Source: an uncultured Cellvibrionaceae bacterium (lineage in GTDB: Bacteria; Pseudomonadota; Gammaproteobacteria; Pseudomonadales; Cellvibrionaceae). From it: a stretch of 64,000 nt of DNA. The position numbers were made by a program, and so were the translations under genes. The notes under the pieces are model-generated. The model was not told where the DNA came from, did not search any database, and was given only the letters and a program-made list of their open reading frames with translations. The first letter of the stretch is position 1; the number at the start of each line of letters is the position of its first letter. This document shows positions 57,426-64,000 of the stretch, one piece after another. Where the stretch lies: the NCBI GenBank assembly GCA_964499225.1, contig CAZCJR010000003.1, positions 42,340 through 106,339 of the forward strand, in the 5' to 3' direction.

Positions 57426-57971
57426 TTATTGTTTCTTTTTTGGTCTTATGAACATTATCATTTTTTTACCTTCTAATATAGGTGTAACGTTATCTGGTGT
57501 TCCGACATCACTTAATTCATTTGCAAGACGAAGAAGTATTATTTCTCCTTTTTCTTTGAATTTTATTTCTCTACCTTTAAAAAATACACACGCTTTAACT
57601 ATATCATTTCTTTTTAAGAATGTGTCGGCATGTTTTAATTTGAAATTGAAATCATGATCATCTATATTTGGTCCGAATTTTATTTCTTTAATTTCTTGTG
57701 CATTTTCTTTTTGTTTTTTATCTTGATCTTTTTGTTTCTTTTTTAATTCATATAAAAATTTATTATAATCTATTAATTTGCATATTGGTGGAACTACATT
57801 ACTATTTATTTCTACTAAATCTACACCTAAATTTTCAGCCATATTCAATGCATCTCTTAATGATAATACAGAACCACTGTTTTCTATGTCGCCAATCAAT
57901 CTTATTTCATTAGATCTAATAAATTGATTTATTTTGTGAGTAATTTCTTTTTTTAATATTTTTTTTGCCAT
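57426..57971 (-). CDS. infC: Translation initiation factor IF-3
   Basis: IN..IR..EIRL, DLVEI, PPICKLIDYNKF, KEIKF..NIDDHDF..K and FKGRE. Confidence 0.95.
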   Translation of the reverse strand: MAKKILKKEITHKINQFIRSNEIRLIGDIENSGSVLSLRDALNMAENLGVDLVEINSNVVPPICKLIDYNKFLYELKKKQKDQDKKQKENAQEIKEIKFGPNIDDHDFNFKLKHADTFLKRNDIVKACVFFKGREIKFKEKGEIILLRLANELSDVGTPDNVTPILEGKKMIMFIRPKKKQ

Positions 57972-58252
57972 TAATTTTTTATTTTTTCCTTTGTTTTTTC
58001 AATCAATGTATCTACATTTTCATCTTCAAATGTTTCCCATTTACTATCAATTAAAATTTTTACTTTTGGTGATATTTTAATTTTTTCTGTTGATATGACA
58101 TTTGGTAATTCGAAGAAGAATGTTTTTTGATTTAATTCTTTTTGAGTATTTTTTTCCCAGAAAAAAATAACCCATTCACATGTTGTAGTTTCCATATCAT
58201 ATCTATGTTCAGGAAAAGATTCAGTTATTTTTTTTATGATAGAACGCATCAT
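57971..58252 (-). CDS. Hypothetical protein
   Basis: 93-aa ORF; TAATATATA at 58274-58282. Confidence 0.65.
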   Translation of the reverse strand: MMRSIIKKITESFPEHRYDMETTTCEWVIFFWEKNTQKELNQKTFFFELPNVISTEKIKISPKVKILIDSKWETFEDENVDTLIEKTKEKIKN

Positions 58253-58272
58253 TATTTTATTATTATTTTTAT

Positions 58273-59286
58273 TTATATATTATTTACCAAATCCTTTAAT
58301 TTTGTAATAAATGTTACTAAGTGCATTTCCGGATCAATTGTTGTTGTGTATTCTGAATTAAACTCTTTAGTTAAATCTAAAATTTTCATACCATTTTTCA
58401 TTATAATATTTTCATAATTTTCGATTAAATATTTAAAAAATGGTCTTGATAGATTATTCAATAAATCTTCTGTTTTATCTTTTGGGTAATTATCAGCGAC
58501 AAAGAAAAAATTCTCATTTACTTTATTTTCACCATTCAATATAAATGTGAAAACATCCAAATTTATAGTGTCTTTATTTTTTAAATATGTTTCAAAGTCA
58601 CCAGAAATATATATTTCTTGTAGTAATTGAACGGTTGATCTAAAATTAGGAAATGTTCTATTGATTAACGATTCTAATACTTTATCATCTATTATAAATT
58701 TCATAGATTTACAAATAGATCTTAAATAATTTATTTGATATTTTTTAAGGTAAGATATTTCTTCTTGTGATTGAGGATCAAAATCAACGATATTAAATCT
58801 TGATAATAAAGCTTTATCTTCTTCACTTCTACTAATTTTTTGTATATTATTTACAGTAGCTACAAATCTGACATTCGAATTGTCTTCTATGAACGCTCTT
58901 AAAGCCCCTCTCATGTCAGGTGTAGATTTATCAAATTCTTCTAGCCAAACTAACTTAATACCATTAACATCACCTCTTTTACGACCTTTCTTTTTAAATG
59001 ATATAGAATAATTTTTACAATGATCTTCAATAACTTCTGATATATCTATACTTCTACCATCTTTTGATGAACAATTTATTCTTAATGTATCAAATGATTC
59101 TGATATAATATTGATGTATGATGTTTTACCTAAACCACCACTACCAGTAAGAATAAGATTTAATTCTAATTCTTTTTCAAGTAATTTTCTAAGTCTTGGT
59201 AATAGAATAATTGGAATTTTACCTTTTTCGGGTATTATAGTATTTGGTCTGAACTTCTCCCAGAACAATTGTTGCTTTAAATTCAT
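58273..59286 (-). CDS. Clamp-loader AAA+ subunit (T4 gp44/RFC-small-like)
   Basis: WEKFRP, GSGGLGKTS, LEEFD, LSRF and FPNFRS. Confidence 0.88.
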   Translation of the reverse strand: MNLKQQLFWEKFRPNTIIPEKGKIPIILLPRLRKLLEKELELNLILTGSGGLGKTSYINIISESFDTLRINCSSKDGRSIDISEVIEDHCKNYSISFKKKGRKRGDVNGIKLVWLEEFDKSTPDMRGALRAFIEDNSNVRFVATVNNIQKISRSEEDKALLSRFNIVDFDPQSQEEISYLKKYQINYLRSICKSMKFIIDDKVLESLINRTFPNFRSTVQLLQEIYISGDFETYLKNKDTINLDVFTFILNGENKVNENFFFVADNYPKDKTEDLLNNLSRPFFKYLIENYENIIMKNGMKILDLTKEFNSEYTTTIDPEMHLVTFITKLKDLVNNI

Positions 59287-59362
59287 AGATATATTTTTAA
59301 TGTTTCTTTTTATATAAAAAAGTTGTGGGAAGGTTTAAATAAATAGTAAAATACAAGTTAAA

Positions 59363-59530
59363 TTATAAATCTTCTATTGGTATTCGTATATTTTTACCAT
59401 TTTTAAATTGTGTAGGTGTTAATCCAGTTTCATTTTTAAACTGATGTGATAAATGAGAAACACTACTATAGTGCATTATATTGTACAATTTGATATTGTA
59501 TATTTTTTTTTGATTACATTTTTTATATCA
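59363..59530 (-). pseudogene. Remnant of a Bacteroidota-type AraC HTH gene
   Basis: IMHYSSVSHLSHQFKNETGLTPTQFK..RIPIEDL*; upstream KYTIS lies in another frame. Confidence 0.65.
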
Positions 59531-59538
59531 TATTTATT

Positions 59539-60216
59539 TCATATATTGATAAATTCTTTATTTAATAAAACATTTTTTGTTCCTATAAGTTCGGTTGTAG
59601 CTCTTAAAAAATCAGCTACGAAATCTTTATTTTCTGATAAGAATTTACTATATTTATCAGATTTTGAATCTATGATCGTTCCATAAGAACCATTATCTGT
59701 GAAGTTTAATTCCCAAGAACCAGAAAATTTCAATTTAACACTATTACCATTTTCGAAATATTTGGTAGCATTTGAAAGATTTACAAAATCCATATAATCT
59801 GTTGGTATATTATTTAATGATTTTAAAATGATTGTATCTTCTTGTATTTGTTCAAAATCTTCAGTTGAAAAAATATCTTGAGGTAAAGGTATGACATCAG
59901 AATAAATTTTAGAATTTTCTAATTTTATTTCTTCATTTAATGATTTTTGATCATATTGATTACCAAATCTATATTTTAATGTTTCAGATAAATATGTTTC
60001 AGTTTCAGTTTTTGATTTTTCAATTAATGAATTTAATTTTTCAACTAATTCATCTGAACCAGATATTGTAAGTTTTTTTGTGATAGCTTCATCAACATCA
60101 CCATCATAAGTTACTTGTACATTTTCTTTTATAAGAAAATCAACAAGTTTGTTTATTTTAGGTTTTTGTTCTGTTAAAACCTTATTTTTTTCATCTACAT
60201 TACTAAATTTTTTCAT
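59539..60216 (-). CDS. Hypothetical protein (weak CTS-like leader)
   Basis: MKKFSNVDE. Confidence 0.7.
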   Translation of the reverse strand: MKKFSNVDEKNKVLTEQKPKINKLVDFLIKENVQVTYDGDVDEAITKKLTISGSDELVEKLNSLIEKSKTETETYLSETLKYRFGNQYDQKSLNEEIKLENSKIYSDVIPLPQDIFSTEDFEQIQEDTIILKSLNNIPTDYMDFVNLSNATKYFENGNSVKLKFSGSWELNFTDNGSYGTIIDSKSDKYSKFLSENKDFVADFLRATTELIGTKNVLLNKEFINI

Positions 60217-60563
60217 CTGTATTGTTTTATTTTTTTTGTTTCTTTTAAACTTTTTTCTTTTTTCTTAAGTTCTTTCATTAATTCATTGGCTCTATTTACG
60301 TAATCTGTACTCATTTCTACGTGTCTTTGAGACACCCAATCTTTATTATTAACGTTTTTGTATTTATTGAAGAAATTATGAATAAGTTTTTCACAAGCAT
60401 CTATTTGTGCTTGTGTTTCACAAGTTTTTACTGATCCAGCAACTTTTTTATAATCTTCTATAATTTGTTTTTCAGCTTTTTTATCTTTAACGTTTAATTT
60501 AGTAGCTGTTGGCACAACATCAACAGATTCAAGAAAAGATTTCCAATTTTTAATAGTTTTCAT
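60213..60563 (-). CDS. Hypothetical protein with CTS-like leader
   Basis: MKTIKNWKSFLES. Confidence 0.75.
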   Translation of the reverse strand: MKTIKNWKSFLESVDVVPTATKLNVKDKKAEKQIIEDYKKVAGSVKTCETQAQIDACEKLIHNFFNKYKNVNNKDWVSQRHVEMSTDYVNRANELMKELKKKEKSLKETKKIKQYR

Positions 60564-61090
60564 AATTTATTTATTTTTTTTTGTTTAAATATTAAAATTC
60601 AATTTTAAAATATTTATTTTTTTTGTTTTTATTTATTAATCTATGCTTTTATTCAAACCACGACTTTCCTCCTGCTACTTTTTTATATTTTTTACCTTTA
60701 TTATGCAATTCTCTTTCATTTTCATTAGTATAATCTCCAAATACTATAAAATCTGTATCCCAATTATCACTTTTACTTTTCAATTTATCATATTCTAAAC
60801 CTTCATCATTAAGATAATTTTCAAATTGATCAACATCTTTTTCATATTGAAATGAATACATGGTTCGATTAATATTTTCGGTATTCATATGTCTAATACT
60901 TGTTGATGGAAATTTTATACCAGGTGTTCTTGTAGTAACTATTCCTGCTTTTTGAATTAATGTATTTTTTGAATTGATATATTCTAATTCAGCATCACCA
61001 TCAAAATTATTATATTTTGATGTACCATCCATAGGATCTATTTCAACAGATTCAAGAAAAGATTTCCAATTTTTAATAGTTTTCATAATT
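60520..61090 (-). repeat. Perfect 48-bp direct repeat (60520-60567, 61043-61090) encoding the shared leader
   Basis: tcaacagattcaagaaaagatttccaatttttaatagttttcataatt occurs twice. Confidence 0.95.
60649..61086 (-). CDS. Hypothetical protein with CTS-like leader
   Basis: MKTIKNWKSFLES. Confidence 0.75.
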   Translation of the reverse strand: MKTIKNWKSFLESVEIDPMDGTSKYNNFDGDAELEYINSKNTLIQKAGIVTTRTPGIKFPSTSIRHMNTENINRTMYSFQYEKDVDQFENYLNDEGLEYDKLKSKSDNWDTDFIVFGDYTNENERELHNKGKKYKKVAGGKSWFE

Positions 61091-61736
61091 AATTTTTTGT
61101 TTCATTAACTAAATCTGTAAGACTTTTTGATTCATTTGCATCCTCACCAAATACATCTTTAAATTTATTATTATATACTTCTTCTGAATCTTCATCAGCT
61201 TCTTTTCTCCAATCATTTGGATTTTCAACTCTTTCAATAGGTATTCCCATACCAAATTCTATTATATCACCAATTGACATATTTCTAACTTGTTCAAATT
61301 CTTCAGGAGTTAATATTGGACCATTTTTATCATCTGAATTAATTTCATAAAATTCTTGAAATGTTATAGGTGATTCATTCCACACAGATAACCAAATGTT
61401 TTCTTTATCTTCTAATTCATTTAAATTTTCTTGATTAGTTTCTAAAACCAATGAATATAGATCATTTTTAGTTTCAATTTTTTCTTGAATAATGTTTGGA
61501 TTACCTTTATATGATTCTAAAATCTTTATTTTAGATTTAATTATTTGGTTTTCAACAAGTTTAGAAAGTTCTTTAACCAAATCATCTTGTCCAATAAGAG
61601 ATACTTTATCAGAATCTTCTCCATCCATCTTAGGACTTAATGACTCTTGTATCATGTTATATATTTCATTATACAATTTCATATCACCTGCGTAATGATT
61701 CGTATTTTCGTTAATATTTTCAGTAAATTTTTTCAT
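61089..61736 (-). CDS. Hypothetical protein with CTS-like leader
   Basis: MKKFTENINEN; TAATATATA at 61759-61767. Confidence 0.75.
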   Translation of the reverse strand: MKKFTENINENTNHYAGDMKLYNEIYNMIQESLSPKMDGEDSDKVSLIGQDDLVKELSKLVENQIIKSKIKILESYKGNPNIIQEKIETKNDLYSLVLETNQENLNELEDKENIWLSVWNESPITFQEFYEINSDDKNGPILTPEEFEQVRNMSIGDIIEFGMGIPIERVENPNDWRKEADEDSEEVYNNKFKDVFGEDANESKSLTDLVNETKN

Positions 61737-61764
61737 TCCTGTATCTTTATTTTTTTATTATATA

Positions 61765-62550
61765 TTAAATATTAATTTCATTTTTTAATATTCTTTGTAA
61801 TTTCAATTTTCTATAAAACATTTTACCATTTCCAAATATAGTATTGAGTTTCAATAATTTAACATCACCTAACATACAATTAAGTGTGATTACACCTCTT
61901 TTCATATAGTTTGGAATCTTTTCATATAGATCATCTGGTCCAAAAATATTACTAAAATCTTCTTTTATATATTCATTGTATCTTATATCAATAGTATTTA
62001 GATCTATATATGAATAATTACTCATATAAATATGTTCCAATTTTTCAATATAGAAAAACTTTATACATTTATATTCACCAATACAACCATTACGTATATG
62101 AATATCTTCAATAAGATGTTTCATGAATGGAATACAATTATCACCAAAATATAAATATTTTATTGATTCTAATTGATAATTATTCGCATCATCCATATTA
62201 TCTCGTTTATGTTCAATAACATAATCAAGATATTCTTTTATTTCTATACTTGATGAAAGAGATAATTGATTTGTTAGATAGATATTATTAATTTTGAATG
62301 GTTCTATTTTTGTTATAGCTGAATAAATTAAAGATTCTATTGATTCGTCAATTGTCATATCTATAACATCATCTTCTGTCACACCTGTATTTTCTAAATC
62401 ATATTCATATTTTACTCGAATCATATTCTTAGTGAATGGGATATTTAAAAATCCTTCAAAATTTTCTATATCATCTTTTATTTTATTTGTTAATTTATTG
62501 TTAATATATTCAGCCTTTTCTGAATAATATTCTTTTGTTGTTTCTATCAT
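61765..62550 (-). CDS. Hypothetical protein with C-terminal motif
   Basis: ends YRKLKLQRILKNEINI*. Confidence 0.7.
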   Translation of the reverse strand: MIETTKEYYSEKAEYINNKLTNKIKDDIENFEGFLNIPFTKNMIRVKYEYDLENTGVTEDDVIDMTIDESIESLIYSAITKIEPFKINNIYLTNQLSLSSSIEIKEYLDYVIEHKRDNMDDANNYQLESIKYLYFGDNCIPFMKHLIEDIHIRNGCIGEYKCIKFFYIEKLEHIYMSNYSYIDLNTIDIRYNEYIKEDFSNIFGPDDLYEKIPNYMKRGVITLNCMLGDVKLLKLNTIFGNGKMFYRKLKLQRILKNEINI

Positions 62551-62624
62551 AATTATTTGAATTTATTTTTTTAATTGATATTATTTGTATATATTTGTAA
62601 TTATAATGTTTAAAATATAAAAAT

Positions 62625-63278
62625 ATGAACATAACTCTATCAGAAGCATTAAAACTCAATATTGATAATAAATTTCAAGTTGAAACATTATTAAAAACTA
62701 AAGAAGAAGTTGATAAAATAAATAAATTTTATCCTTGTGAATGTTTTTGTGAAGTACATAAAAATTCAAATGATGGATATTATTTAGATCATACAGATAT
62801 ATTTTTAATAAATGATGTGTGTAAGATTAGAATAAATTATAGTAGTTATACTAAGAAATATTCAATCTATTATAATTCAAATTTTAATAATATATTGGAT
62901 CATAATAAAATAAGTGAAGTTAGAAAAAAATTTAAAGAACCACAAAAAATTGGTGTGTTAACTACTAAGAAGATTGAAAATTGGATTAAACATGAACAAA
63001 ATGTATATTTGGCTCTTGCTAAAGAAGATGAAAGATTAACGAATAATGTTGAAAATTTCTTAAAAACATTAATCGGTGAAGATGTTAAATGGTATAATAA
63101 CAATAAATCTGGTGAAATAGTTAGAAATGGTGTTAGATATAGTTTTAGTATTGATAAAGGTTACGTTAGTCAAAAAGTTGAATTACATTATGGTGTTGAA
63201 AATACATTAGAATCATTCAGATTATTATCTGATAATAAAATAAATAGAGTAAGTAAATTAGAAAGAATCACAAAATGA
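62625..63278 (+). CDS. Hypothetical protein with C-terminal motif
   Basis: ends NRVSKLERITK*. Confidence 0.7.
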   Translation: MNITLSEALKLNIDNKFQVETLLKTKEEVDKINKFYPCECFCEVHKNSNDGYYLDHTDIFLINDVCKIRINYSSYTKKYSIYYNSNFNNILDHNKISEVRKKFKEPQKIGVLTTKKIENWIKHEQNVYLALAKEDERLTNNVENFLKTLIGEDVKWYNNNKSGEIVRNGVRYSFSIDKGYVSQKVELHYGVENTLESFRLLSDNKINRVSKLERITK

Positions 63279-63562
63279 AAACTAAAATAGGGCATTATTA
63301 CATTTTTTTCTCAGAAGTAGAATTTTGGAAAAAAGTAAACTATTGGAAATCTAAAGGTCGAACTTGGATTCAAGAAAGTCATGAGAATTATAATCCAAAA
63401 GTAAAACAAGAAGATATGCCTTGTGTGTTAAATGTTGATGATTATTATATGATTCAGGGTAAGGTTCATTCTAATGAAAAATTATATTTTTCTGATCCAA
63501 CTTTTGTAAAATTGTATAATAAAACATTAAGAGAATTAAAAATTAAAAGAATATTAAAATAA
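63275..63562 (+). CDS. Hypothetical protein with C-terminal motif
   Basis: ends LRELKIKRILK*. Confidence 0.7.
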   Translation: MKTKIGHYYIFFSEVEFWKKVNYWKSKGRTWIQESHENYNPKVKQEDMPCVLNVDDYYMIQGKVHSNEKLYFSDPTFVKLYNKTLRELKIKRILK

Positions 63563-63565
63563 AGA

Positions 63566-64000
63566 ATGAAAACATTTATAACATCCGATACACATTTTGG
63601 TCATTCAAAAATGATAACTTGGGATAGTATGCCAAAAAGATATATATTCAACTCACAAAAAGGAATACCAACATTTATTACAGAAAATGGTAATGTTATA
63701 TCAAATCCAGCCTTTGATAAAAAAATATTAAATGAAGATTTAATAAAAATGGATGAAATATTAATATCAAATTGGAATTCTGTTGTTGGTAAAGATGACC
63801 TTGTTTATCATCTTGGTGATTTTGCATTTGCATCTCACCAGAGAATAAGAGAAATTGTTGGTAGATTAAATGGTAAAATTTATTTGATAGAAGGTAATCA
63901 TGAAAAACAAAAAGTGCTGAGAAAAGTATCGGACTTATTTGTTTCAATAGATAAGTATCAAGAAATAAAACATACATATGATGGAGAAACATATTTAATT
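63566..64000 (+). CDS. Calcineurin-like metallophosphoesterase (runs off window)
   Basis: SDTHFGH, WN..V...D.VYHLGDF and GNHE. Confidence 0.9.
   Translation, partial: MKTFITSDTHFGHSKMITWDSMPKRYIFNSQKGIPTFITENGNVISNPAFDKKILNEDLIKMDEILISNWNSVVGKDDLVYHLGDFAFASHQRIREIVGRLNGKIYLIEGNHEKQKVLRKVSDLFVSIDKYQEIKHTYDGETYLI

Noticed and set aside
26451-63562. C-terminal motif as an integron attC-like DNA site
   Set aside because: No palindromic structure or integrase is seen, and synonymous codon variation shows constraint at the peptide level
707-63992. Short opposite-strand or overlapping ORFs in the track (e.g. 707-943, 15192-15392, 30206-30496, 46210-46578, 55460-55666, 63696-63992)
   Set aside because: They are shadow ORFs of well-supported genes, with F/I/L/Y-rich antisense composition
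1-64000. Genome-wide stop-codon reassignment (TAG to Gln, code 15)
   Set aside because: Long conserved genes are intact under code 11 with no internal TAG, and gmd ends at a TAG at its expected C-terminus; the in-frame TAGs are confined to codon 3 of three elements
1-64000. Bacterial chromosome or eukaryotic giant virus origin
   Set aside because: Host-type genes are isolated from their normal operons and mixed with T4-like replication genes; SmpB, IF-3, Csp and a T9SS cargo point to a bacterial host rather than an NCLDV
1-64000. CRISPR array, tRNA, tmRNA or rRNA
   Set aside because: No regularly spaced repeat-spacer pattern or cloverleaf was recognised by eye; a covariance-model search is still advisable

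Overview
A very AT-rich, densely packed 64-kb segment with frequent ATGA/TAATG overlaps. It is best explained as part of a jumbo, T4-like myophage genome infecting Bacteroidota. Phage evidence: gp44-like clamp loader, T4 RNase H-like exonuclease, gp30.3/NADAR, free-standing homing endonucleases, two Dam-like MTases, and isolated host-type genes (smpB, infC, csp, cysQ, truncated ligA) outside any host operon. Host evidence: a T9SS C-terminal-domain protein, a Bacteroidota-type Csp, an AraC remnant and mostly SD-less A-rich start contexts. 1-17.1 kb is a glycan island: GT10/25/32/47, methyltransferases, a split transketolase, SDRs, a ColD-like 3-dehydratase and gmd carrying a Thr-initiated LAGLIDADG intein. 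The rest is a mosaic of small accessory genes carrying two mutually exclusive peptide tags. About 21 proteins, mostly minus strand, start with a leader resembling the T4 capsid-targeting sequence (MKxLKxFExFxxE), often behind a TAATATATA element. 26 proteins, nearly all plus strand, end in a basic amphipathic helix R-x-x-K-L-x-R-I-L. The most striking locus is 36.6-38.9 kb, with three ATG-NNN-TAG-ATT elements: a leader overlapping a terminator-like hairpin, the 5' end of a Pth2-like peptidyl-tRNA hydrolase gene, and an SD-led minigene. Together they look like an amber-readthrough-controlled translation-rescue switch. All annotation is by eye from motifs; no searches were run.
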